A stretch of 64,000 bases of DNA from a virus. Each line of letters begins with the position of its first letter. The first letter of the stretch is position 1. Shown one piece after another: positions 9,859 to 18,463 of this stretch. Location of the stretch: IMG/VR virus record IMGVR_UViG_3300021478_000216, positions 14,995 through 78,994 of that record; one strand, 5' to 3'. The notes under the pieces were generated by a model. It was not told the origin of the DNA and searched no databases. It saw nothing but the letters and a program-made list of their open reading frames with translations. The translations under genes and the position numbers were made by a program.

Positions 9859-10304
9859 CTACGCCACAGGAGGTACCTGCCCATGTACAGACAGTCGCCC
9901 ATAACTATACCGTCCACTATCCGGCCCACGAGCCTCGAGCAAACGATCCCCACCACGCAGACTTCGAGGAGTGGAAACAGAGACGAAGAGCTGCAGGTAC
10001 GTACGACTGCGACTTCGCTAAGAAGTATCGTCCTGACTTCTCTGAGTGCGATCTCACTAAGCCTCTGGAAGCGCATCACGCTGTTATCGAGTTTGCGCTC
10101 CAGAACGGTGTAGATATCAAGCTCCTGGAGCAATTCTATCCAGGTGTTTCACAAGAAGGAATCGGCGCATGGATCGATTCCGACCAGAACCTGACGTTGC
10201 TGTGCGTATGGCACCATCGCGGACATGGTGGAGTTCATCTCGTCAGCGCGTCAGACTGGGCAGCTTACGAGTTCGTGAAGGGCATGATCTCATTATGTAT
10301 GTAG
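9855..10304 (+). CDS. His/Cys-rich hypothetical protein (HNH-like metal-binding)
   Basis: LEAHH and NLTLLCVWHHRGHGGVH motifs. Confidence 0.55.
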   Translation: MTTPQEVPAHVQTVAHNYTVHYPAHEPRANDPHHADFEEWKQRRRAAGTYDCDFAKKYRPDFSECDLTKPLEAHHAVIEFALQNGVDIKLLEQFYPGVSQEGIGAWIDSDQNLTLLCVWHHRGHGGVHLVSASDWAAYEFVKGMISLCM

Positions 10305-11143
10305 GCGCGACACCGACCAAGTTCGGTCAGTACAGCATCGATGAGAAGCACCTGCTTCCGAGAGCACTGTTTCACTCTGCAGAGCCTCTTAAGGAAGTTA
10401 CCTGGGATATCCCGATCCCGGTCCTCGACCAGGAAGACCTGCTCGCGCAGTCGATCGATACGTCAGCTCTGGTTCCCGAAGCGCCTTCAGTCGACGCGCT
10501 CGGATCGTGCACTGCGAATGCTTCTACGGAGCACATTGCTCAGCTCGCCGTCGCAGCAGGCAAGGACCTCGAGTCCTTGGAGGTCGGCTACGGTGGCAGG
10601 ATCTGGCGTATGTCACCGAATTCGGCACCTGCTAACGAACAGTGGGCGATCGTGTTCTACCATCTCACAACGGACCAGACCAACGACCCTTCGCAGGAGT
10701 GGCCTCCTACGGACTGTGGATCTACAGGGACGTACTGCTGCGAATTCGCAGTAGCGAACGGTCTTGCCAAGGACTACAACGTTCCTCACAATGTTCAGGG
10801 AGCGCTGCTCGCGCTTCAGACGGGTACTGTCATTCAGGGCGCTCCATGGTTCAACTCCTGGATGCAGCCTGACTCAGATGGCTTCGTCGACGGCGACGGT
10901 TCGGTGGACGCTCTTCAGGCGGCTATCCAGTCAGGTGTGGCTGGTGGTCACGAGACCTGCGAGCGAGGTATCGTCCAACTAGCACAGGTCAAGGCTACTG
11001 GTGCAATCGACCTACAGAAGACGATCATCAAGGTTCGGAACTCCTGGAGCCAGAACTTCGGTCTAGACGGCGACTACCTGATCCACGCATCTACTCTGGA
11101 CCTGCTCGGGAACTACGTCGATTACAAGCAGATGGTGGTCTAA
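10295..11143 (+). CDS. Papain-like (C1 family) cysteine peptidase
   Basis: LDQ...LGSCTANA (Cys), GGHE (His), RNSW (Asn) catalytic motifs; probable start ATG 10295. Confidence 0.75.
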   Translation: MYVGATPTKFGQYSIDEKHLLPRALFHSAEPLKEVTWDIPIPVLDQEDLLAQSIDTSALVPEAPSVDALGSCTANASTEHIAQLAVAAGKDLESLEVGYGGRIWRMSPNSAPANEQWAIVFYHLTTDQTNDPSQEWPPTDCGSTGTYCCEFAVANGLAKDYNVPHNVQGALLALQTGTVIQGAPWFNSWMQPDSDGFVDGDGSVDALQAAIQSGVAGGHETCERGIVQLAQVKATGAIDLQKTIIKVRNSWSQNFGLDGDYLIHASTLDLLGNYVDYKQMVV

Positions 11144-11255
11144 GTGGGTAAGAGCAAGATCGTCATCCTCGTGGACTGGTTCTTCGACTGGTTTATTCTA
11201 CCCTGGTACGAAGGTCTGGAAGGAGCAACTCTTCACCATCGGACTAAGGAATGCG

Positions 11256-11582
11256 ATGCAACTAAGTCCAGCTCGTAGAGTCCCTACGCTGGATGATTTG
11301 GAGCGGGCCGGTGACTATACTGGCCCGCACCCGATCATAAGCGGGGGCCATGAAGATCAGGTTGTCTGGTTTCTGCTGCCTACACATAAGGGAGTAGATA
11401 TGTTCGACCGTCCTGATGAACATTCTGGTCTGCACGGTGTCTATCAACCTCCTTGGACGTTTAGAGAGTGTCCTGATGGCTCTCTCGAGATTCGTGCATC
11501 GATAGGCTGCGGTAGTTCGCCTTTCTACTGGCATGGTTATCTCGATGAAGGAAACGTATGGAGGGAAGTGTTATTTTATTAG
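11256..11582 (+). CDS. Hypothetical protein (DUF6527-like)
   Basis: PWTF...DGSLEIRASI...WHGYLDEGNVW pattern. Confidence 0.55.
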   Translation: MQLSPARRVPTLDDLERAGDYTGPHPIISGGHEDQVVWFLLPTHKGVDMFDRPDEHSGLHGVYQPPWTFRECPDGSLEIRASIGCGSSPFYWHGYLDEGNVWREVLFY

Positions 11583-11610
11583 TATCTCTCAGTATTTTGG
11601 GGACTTACCC

Positions 11611-11640
11611 TAGCTTTCCTAGTGTGTTGTGTGTTATTAT
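11611..11640 (+). promoter_or_regulatory. Promoter, TAGCTT-N18-TATTAT
   Basis: Member of the 10-copy promoter family; AT-rich intergenic gap upstream of the tail module. Confidence 0.7.
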
Positions 11641-11719
11641 TAAAATAGAACGACGAAGTCTGCAGGGCGGTAGACGCCTAGGAACTTTGTCGTGCCACTG
11701 ACGTAGAGGGACGTGGCGA

Positions 11720-12181
11720 GTGCGCGTTTATATCGATCCCGATGCGATCGGGCATATAGAGGCTGATGTCGAAGAATTTCTCGATGTAACTCTTGGGCCC
11801 TTGATCACAGCAGACGCGATCCGATATGCACCTAAGCGTACGGGGGCACTCGCAGCGGGAATTGAGTACTACGTAGATACCACGACGCTGATTGTCTACT
11901 CGACAGCTGACTACACGTTGGATGTAGAATTCGGTCACCGCGTGTTCCACCGGTTTAGTCATCGTACGGGCCCCGAAATAGTTCCTGAAGAGCCGTTCTT
12001 GAGACCTGCGTTGTACAAGTATAGGTCGCCAGAGAATCCTGAAGGTACTCCTCCGTTGGTAGCTCCTGGTATCCAGCGCACTGGTCGTCCGACTACTCTC
12101 GAGCAGTGGATTCAGCGTCGCGCTTCACAGCAACGGATTAAGAGGGGTGGCTTATGGCTCTCCACCCCAATAGCGAACTAG
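11720..12181 (+). CDS. HK97 gp10-like neck/minor structural protein
   Basis: APKRTGALAAGI, Y..DVEFGH, PFLRPAL motifs. Confidence 0.75.
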   Translation: MRVYIDPDAIGHIEADVEEFLDVTLGPLITADAIRYAPKRTGALAAGIEYYVDTTTLIVYSTADYTLDVEFGHRVFHRFSHRTGPEIVPEEPFLRPALYKYRSPENPEGTPPLVAPGIQRTGRPTTLEQWIQRRASQQRIKRGGLWLSTPIAN

Positions 12182-12651
12182 TTGCTATGGCCTGGATAGG
12201 TAGTATTCCAAGTCAGTTTGGCGTCTTCAATCCTGGTATGGTAGCTACTCAGCCTCCTGCTGAGCAGAACTGGCCTCTGAACCTAGACGGGGTCTCTAAC
12301 TTTATTACGGTAAACACTGTAGGAGGAACTCCTATGGCGGGTATGCCGATTGCACAGCCGCTAGTAGAGGTTAAGGCTTACGCAACTAAGCCTGGATCGA
12401 ATAAGCCTCCTTGGTTCGCAGCTAATAATCTGTTGCAGCAGATCTGGCTTGCGTCAATGAGTAAGCTCCCAGGTGTTTTCGGACGTGTATTGACAATTGA
12501 GTTCGGGGGGAAAGTTTACGCACCTGCTTGTGTTATACATGCAGAGGTTCATACGGAAGCGAGGAGGATATATAGCGACGCGCGTAACTGGGCAGCATAC
12601 TCGATGGACATGGCATTTTCTTGGCGTGAAGTAGGACTTGTTATTCAGTAA
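12154..12651 (+). CDS. Tail terminator
   Basis: PNSELVAMAWI N-terminus, position before major tail. Confidence 0.65.
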   Translation: MALHPNSELVAMAWIGSIPSQFGVFNPGMVATQPPAEQNWPLNLDGVSNFITVNTVGGTPMAGMPIAQPLVEVKAYATKPGSNKPPWFAANNLLQQIWLASMSKLPGVFGRVLTIEFGGKVYAPACVIHAEVHTEARRIYSDARNWAAYSMDMAFSWREVGLVIQ

Positions 12652-12683
12652 GATATGGCGGACTGTATTCGGGAGGAGGAACC

Positions 12684-12935
12684 ATGGCTAGGAAGATGAA
12701 GATCACTATCAAGCATCCTGGAGCTTTCACTAAGAAGTCGAAGGCTGCTGGGATGAGCAACCAGGCTTACGCTCGTAGGGTTCTTTCAGCTAAGAAGGGA
12801 ACGTATCCCGTATCTACAGTCCGTCAGGCAAACTTCGCCAAGAACTTTGGTGGAGCGTCACATCGTCGAGCCGGAACGGCTAAGGCGAAAGCAGTCGGTC
12901 GTAAGGCCGCAGCGACCCGTAGGAGGCGGGGATAG
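12684..12935 (+). CDS. Small very basic protein
   Basis: 83 aa Lys/Arg/Ala-rich, no acidic residues, strong GGAGG RBS. Confidence 0.7.
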   Translation: MARKMKITIKHPGAFTKKSKAAGMSNQAYARRVLSAKKGTYPVSTVRQANFAKNFGGASHRRAGTAKAKAVGRKAAATRRRRG

Positions 12936-13319
12936 ATGGCAGTTCTCGCGCTCGGGCCCGGCGTTTCGCCTGGGTTCCAGCAGCTAGTAGGAAACGGCGT
13001 GCTCGACACGACCGCGATGACGTACGCGACGCTTGGTGCTAACACCGGTATCACGTTTCCCAATATTCCAGGGCTCACGCTTGTGTTCTGTAAGACAGTT
13101 ACAGGTGACCCTGCAGCTACGATCACACCAGGCGCTCAGATCCTGGGTGTGAGCATTCCTGCTATCGCGCTTGTCGAGGCGGTTGCAGCCCATGTGTACC
13201 TGCTCGGCCCATTCTATACGGTGGACGCGAACGCAGGCACCAACTTGGTCCAGATCAACTTCGGTACTCCGGCGAACGTGTCAGGTGTCGTTGTTGTTCA
13301 GTCCGGCGGCGTTTACTAG
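12936..13319 (+). CDS. Putative tail-associated structural protein
   Basis: 127 aa immediately before major tail gene. Confidence 0.55.
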   Translation: MAVLALGPGVSPGFQQLVGNGVLDTTAMTYATLGANTGITFPNIPGLTLVFCKTVTGDPAATITPGAQILGVSIPAIALVEAVAAHVYLLGPFYTVDANAGTNLVQINFGTPANVSGVVVVQSGGVY

Positions 13320-13334
13320 GAGGTGTGAGACAGC

Positions 13335-13967
13335 ATGACAGGATACGTAGGCGTCACTCCAGGTAACGTCGTTCAGGGGCCTGCGACGATCTACTGGGGA
13401 GTCTTCGGTGCAGTGACCGAGCCTCCCGTGACCAACGCGTCGATCAAGACAGACCCGGTCTCGGCAGGTGGCGCGGGATACACTGACTTCGGCGGCACGA
13501 TGGGCGGCGTCCAGTGGGAGGCGGCGTACACGTATGGCCAGATCAAGGCTGACCAGGCCGTCGACCCGATCGGAGCTCGACTTACGGGTCGCGCGATCAC
13601 GGTAACAGTGTCACTTCTCGAAGCGACGCTGGCTAACCTTCAGGAGGCGATGAACCAGTCAGCTACACTGTCTGTCGGCTCCGGTATCAACACTCTCGAC
13701 CCGGGCGGCGCGATCGCAGCTCCTGGAACGAACACGCCGAACATCACGCAGCCAACGTACAGCGCGCTACTCATCGACGGTTGGGCACCGAACCTAGGCA
13801 GCGGTGCTGTCGCGAGGCGACGGTTCATCGTACGCAAGGTCCTCAACGATGTCAAGGCGACGGCGAAGTACGACCTGGCTACGCAGTCGGTGTGGGCCTG
13901 TACGTTCACAGCGTACTACGTGAGCGCTGTGACCTCACCATTCGTCATCTACGACCAGACCACCTAG
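13335..13967 (+). CDS. Major tail (tube) protein
   Basis: NVVQGPATIY, DFGGTMGGV, LLEATLANL motifs typical of actinophage major tail proteins; GC3-rich. Confidence 0.85.
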   Translation: MTGYVGVTPGNVVQGPATIYWGVFGAVTEPPVTNASIKTDPVSAGGAGYTDFGGTMGGVQWEAAYTYGQIKADQAVDPIGARLTGRAITVTVSLLEATLANLQEAMNQSATLSVGSGINTLDPGGAIAAPGTNTPNITQPTYSALLIDGWAPNLGSGAVARRRFIVRKVLNDVKATAKYDLATQSVWACTFTAYYVSAVTSPFVIYDQTT

Positions 13968-13979
13968 GAGGGGACTGCA

Positions 13980-14384
13980 ATGGCGGACACCACGCAGTCG
14001 GACTCGCCGGAAGTCGACAGCACTCCCGGCGAGTTCGAAGTTCTGAAGCTTTCTACCAAGACCAAGAAGAAGGACGTCGAGTACGTCGACCTCTTCGAGA
14101 TCGACGATGTCATGTACCAGGTGCCCAAGAAGCCTTCGCCGACTGTAGGTCTCAGGTTTCTGTACATCATGAAGCACGAAGGTGCTGAAGAGGCAGCCTA
14201 CTACATGTTGACTACTATGCTCGGCGAAGAGGGCTATGACGCTCTCATGAACTACGAAGATCTGGAACAAGAGCAGTACGACTTCGTTCTAACAGCCGCT
14301 ATCAGGATCGCGACGGGCAAGACCGAGAACCCAAAAGTCTCGGTGAAGAGCCAGCGGCCTGGATCAAGAGGGCGGCGCAGATAA
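13980..14384 (+). CDS. Tail assembly chaperone (G)
   Basis: Between major tail and tape measure; carries slippery site near 3' end. Confidence 0.8.
   Translation: MADTTQSDSPEVDSTPGEFEVLKLSTKTKKKDVEYVDLFEIDDVMYQVPKKPSPTVGLRFLYIMKHEGAEEAAYYMLTTMLGEEGYDALMNYEDLEQEQYDFVLTAAIRIATGKTENPKVSVKSQRPGSRGRRR
14330..14336 (+). promoter_or_regulatory. -1 programmed frameshift site C CCA AAA
   Basis: X XXY YYZ heptamer in correct phase; the -1 frame is open from here into ORF 14411-14785. Confidence 0.7.
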
Positions 14385-14410
14385 TATGGATCATAGATTG
14401 TCTCGACAGT

Positions 14411-14785
14411 GTGTGCAGCGACATGAGCGTATTGCACCGTGTCAGAGACATCTGCGAGCTAGATGGTCCGACGTTCTTTACTCTCGCATACAGGCTTCCT
14501 GCGTACGAAGGTGCCACAAGGGTAGCTCTGACGGATCTATTCGAGGGTATGGAAGAGGAAGAAGCTGCGGCGGCTTTGGAGGCGGAAGCAAGTAAGTATC
14601 CGCCTAGATATGTAGATGTAGACCTAGACGAGATGCGTGTAAAGGAGGGTAGAGTAGTGGGAACGCCTAAGGCTGTTCGTGAAGATCGAGCAGCTACGCT
14701 TCAAGAACTTCGGGCTTCTGGTCCCGCTGCTCCTGCTCTAGGTCAGTTGGCTCCCATTTTCGAGATGCCGGTGGTGACGGACTAG
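14411..14785 (+). CDS. Tail assembly chaperone frameshift extension (GT)
   Basis: -1 frame relative to G, ends adjacent to tape measure start. Confidence 0.7.
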   Translation: MCSDMSVLHRVRDICELDGPTFFTLAYRLPAYEGATRVALTDLFEGMEEEEAAAALEAEASKYPPRYVDVDLDEMRVKEGRVVGTPKAVREDRAATLQELRASGPAAPALGQLAPIFEMPVVTD

Positions 14786-17700
14786 ATGGCTGGATTCAGG
14801 GTTGCGCAAGGTTACGTCGAAGTCGATGTTGACTATGCTCAGCTTGATTCAGCTGTCGCAGGCATTAAGGCTCGACTCGCAGCAGTTAAGGACGCTTCGA
14901 TCACGCTGGGTATAAACCAGAGGCAGGTCGACGCCGCGATCACCGAAATCATGGCTAAGATCAAGGCGCTTCAGGCTCAGGCTTTGTCTCTAGGCGGAAT
15001 CAATCAGGCTGCGTTCGATGCTTCTATCGCCGAGATCAGAGCTAAGCTTGAAGGCTTGCAGTCTCTGACGAACATTGATTTGAAGGTTTCTGGGGTTGCT
15101 GAAGCTGTCGCAGGTCTGGAAGCTCTTAGAGCTGCTGCGAACGAAACGATTCCGCTGGTTGAGCGAGGCAACGGTCTGTTCGGTGTATGGAACAGTACGA
15201 TTCAGCTTTTCGGCGGATACCTGACTAGGATTGGTGTGCCTGCGCTGTTTGCCACTGCAGGCACTATCCACATCGTGATCGATGCTATCGCCGAAACTCT
15301 GGCTATTCTTATTCCCGCTGGCATCGCTCTGGCAGCTTTTGGAATTGCGGCTAGTAGTACCTTCAATGACATCGTGCACTCCGAGCAAGCGATGTTTACG
15401 ATTACAACTGCTCTTAATCAGCAGTTCCCAGGCCTGACGTCTGGTCTGCAGCACTTTACAGACTCTGTAAAGCCTAATGTCTATATCCTGTTCGGCGAAG
15501 CGCTAGACACTATTAACAAGCACACATCTATGTTCCAGCAACTAGCTACTGGCGCGGGACAGGTTCTAGACGGATTGGGTGCTAGGGCTGAAGCAGCTCT
15601 TGGCGGTAACGGTCTTGACGGATTTATTGCCAAGGGTGTTGGCGACCTAAGGCTCCTCGGTGATATCATAGCGAACGTTTTCGGAATCCTCGGAAACTTC
15701 CTACATGCTCTGCCTGGTGTTGCAGAAGTTCTGTTTATGGCGATCAGGAACATTACAGGCGCTCTAGAACTTATGACCAGTAGCGGAATCGTCCAAGGGA
15801 TCTTGGATGTCGCTATGGGATTCCACGGGATGTTGCTCTGGGCAGGTCTAGCTGTCACTGGATTGGTAGCGCTTCAAGGCCCGTTGGTAAACTTGGGCAT
15901 CTGGTTCTTCGGTCTAGTTGCTGCTATTAGAACGTATATTGCAAGCGTTATAGCAGCTGAAGGAGTAACGGCTACCTTCGAGGCTATCTTGGCTCCTCTG
16001 GCTGCGATTAACCCGTTCGTATGGGTTGCTATAGCTGTCGGAGCTCTAATAGCTCTTGCCGTTTGGTTGAGTAATACTACGAACGCGTGGCAGGCTCAGT
16101 ACAACGCTATTATCCAGAACGTGAACGCTGCTACGACGTTTACACAGGCACAGTTGATCCTGGCTCAAGGACTTCAGCAGACTAATGCAGAACTGCAGAA
16201 GACACCGCAGTACATCCAGGTTATGACGCACGCTGGTCATGATAACTACGTTATGACTACGGAACTGAACCCTGCTTATCAGGCCTTGCAGCAGAACGTA
16301 TCGGGACTCAGCTCTGCTCAGGCGACGCTTGGTACGCGCATGCAGCAGTTGGTGCAGATCACGGGTAGCCAGTCTACTGCTCTTAACGACCTAAACGCTC
16401 TAGGTGTCAAGGCTGGTCAGATCGCGACAGAGTCTGCGCAGGCATTTAATAGTCAGAAGCTGCAGATTCAAGCCTTGACTGATGCTACTACTCAGCTAGC
16501 AGGGTTCCAGAGTGGTCCTGCAGCTGCTGCTCAGAACGCTCTGACAAACCAGTACATGCAGGAGACGCTTCCGGCGATCCAGAAGATCACGCAGGCCGAA
16601 GGCAACCTGATGAACGTGATCACGGGCAGCCAGCTAGCGTTCGACACATTCGGTCAGGGTATCGCTACTCTGGCGACGAACTTTAATCAGGTAACGGGGA
16701 CGTCGCTTACAACGACGCACACACTGACAGGCCTTAGGAGTACAGCGTCGCTCGCGGGTGCAGCACTGGATGGAACTAGCCAGGCTAGCGACGCCTTGAA
16801 TGCAGCGTTCTACACATCGATCCAGAACGCCCAGAAGCTAAATGGCGCGCTGATGGAGCAGAGCATCTCGCAGAAGGACCTAGCTAAGGTTGTTGCTACT
16901 AGCGCTGGCCAGATGCTCGGTTACGCCGGTAATAATGATGCAGCCCGTCAGTCCCTTGTAGCCCTGATCAATAACGCCTTGGGCCCTGGGACTGTATCGC
17001 TTCAGAATCTTGACCAGTGGGTCGGAACCAATCAAGTTTCGATGTCCCAGTATCGAGGGATCATCGATAAGACTACTGCTTCTGCTAGTCAGCTAACAGG
17101 CGTGCTTGGCTCTACACTACAGCAGATGCAGGCTATAGCGTTGTTCCAGGCTGAAGGCGGCCAGCAGGCTTGGAATATCTTTACGTCAGACATCATTAGT
17201 GGTAAGACTCATTCCGATGCGTTTAAGCAATCCGTGACCGACGTTGCGACTCAATTGCTTATCCAGTCGAACAATAGCCTGCCAGCTGCACAGCGCGCCT
17301 TCGAGCAGTATGCGGGCCAGTTGGGAATAACCAAGCAGGACGCCGACGCTCTGTGGCAGCAGTCGCTACCGAGCCTGCAGCACTTCATCGATAGCATGCA
17401 TGGTAAGAAGCTCGATATCACGGCTAGTACGGCTCAGGCCATGTCGCAGGCGATAGCTCTACAGCAGTACCTTGATGCCATGCATGGAGTGAACCTTGCG
17501 ATCACGGTTACACAGCAAGTGGCGCTGGCTCAGGGCGGCATGAACCCTATGAAGCACGCTGCAGGTGGTAAGATCACTGGAGGGACCACGTCGACGGCTG
17601 ACGATGTCCTGGCTCTTGTGTCTAAGGACGAAACGATTGTGAGCGCAGCTCACTCGCAGGTTTTGGCTCCTGTGTTTAAACAGCTAGGTGTCCCTGGATA

Positions 17701-18463
17701 TGCTAGCGGTGGTGTTCCTCATCACAAGTCGACCTTTGTGCCTGTAAGTGAAATAAACGTACTTCTCGCAGCTGGTCTAGGCAGTAGCAACGCGAATGTA
17801 TTGAAGGCAGCTCATAAGGTCCAGTCAGATAAGGGAAACCTGGCCACGGAACGAGCCGACGCGCGGTCGCTGTACGGTCTCCTTTACGGTAAGACTTACA
17901 ACTACGCTTCAGTGCCTCATATCAGCGGATCTACTACGACTCATCACACGACTAGTCATCACACGACTACGCATCACATATCAGCAGCTCACATGCAGCA
18001 CTTGCTGGGCATGGGTCTGGGTAGTCATGTAGCTGCAGCGCACAACGCAGCTGTAGGTCTAGAACATGCTTCAGCTGGCGGCAAGCAAGCAGCAGCGGCT
18101 AACCTTGAAGCTGTGCTACACCAGCTCCACATGGAGCACAGGGCTCACCAGGCCTACATAAAGGCTCATAGCGGGAAGCATCATAGCTCAGGTGGCTATC
18201 TACCTGCAGGAGCCTGGGGTTATGCTGGTGAGTCTGGTATGGAATCGATTACGTCACTACCAGACGGTGGAACACAGATTACGCCTATGCCAGGTGGAGT
18301 CGATCTAGGCACTAAGCTAGACACGTTGATTAGCCTAACTCAGAGGCTGATAGACACGACAGCAGCTGTTCCAGCAGGAGTCGGGAACAAGGTCGGTAGT
18401 GCCTTGATGTCAGGCGGAGCTAGAGCATCAACTAACATGCGTTATGGACGGGGCGGAGCGTAA
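14786..18463 (+). CDS. Tape measure protein
   Basis: 1225 aa Ala/Gln/Leu-rich helical, central hydrophobic block, FRVAQGYVEV start, position after chaperones. Confidence 0.9.
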   Translation: MAGFRVAQGYVEVDVDYAQLDSAVAGIKARLAAVKDASITLGINQRQVDAAITEIMAKIKALQAQALSLGGINQAAFDASIAEIRAKLEGLQSLTNIDLKVSGVAEAVAGLEALRAAANETIPLVERGNGLFGVWNSTIQLFGGYLTRIGVPALFATAGTIHIVIDAIAETLAILIPAGIALAAFGIAASSTFNDIVHSEQAMFTITTALNQQFPGLTSGLQHFTDSVKPNVYILFGEALDTINKHTSMFQQLATGAGQVLDGLGARAEAALGGNGLDGFIAKGVGDLRLLGDIIANVFGILGNFLHALPGVAEVLFMAIRNITGALELMTSSGIVQGILDVAMGFHGMLLWAGLAVTGLVALQGPLVNLGIWFFGLVAAIRTYIASVIAAEGVTATFEAILAPLAAINPFVWVAIAVGALIALAVWLSNTTNAWQAQYNAIIQNVNAATTFTQAQLILAQGLQQTNAELQKTPQYIQVMTHAGHDNYVMTTELNPAYQALQQNVSGLSSAQATLGTRMQQLVQITGSQSTALNDLNALGVKAGQIATESAQAFNSQKLQIQALTDATTQLAGFQSGPAAAAQNALTNQYMQETLPAIQKITQAEGNLMNVITGSQLAFDTFGQGIATLATNFNQVTGTSLTTTHTLTGLRSTASLAGAALDGTSQASDALNAAFYTSIQNAQKLNGALMEQSISQKDLAKVVATSAGQMLGYAGNNDAARQSLVALINNALGPGTVSLQNLDQWVGTNQVSMSQYRGIIDKTTASASQLTGVLGSTLQQMQAIALFQAEGGQQAWNIFTSDIISGKTHSDAFKQSVTDVATQLLIQSNNSLPAAQRAFEQYAGQLGITKQDADALWQQSLPSLQHFIDSMHGKKLDITASTAQAMSQAIALQQYLDAMHGVNLAITVTQQVALAQGGMNPMKHAAGGKITGGTTSTADDVLALVSKDETIVSAAHSQVLAPVFKQLGVPGYASGGVPHHKSTFVPVSEINVLLAAGLGSSNANVLKAAHKVQSDKGNLATERADARSLYGLLYGKTYNYASVPHISGSTTTHHTTSHHTTTHHISAAHMQHLLGMGLGSHVAAAHNAAVGLEHASAGGKQAAAANLEAVLHQLHMEHRAHQAYIKAHSGKHHSSGGYLPAGAWGYAGESGMESITSLPDGGTQITPMPGGVDLGTKLDTLISLTQRLIDTTAAVPAGVGNKVGSALMSGGARASTNMRYGRGGA

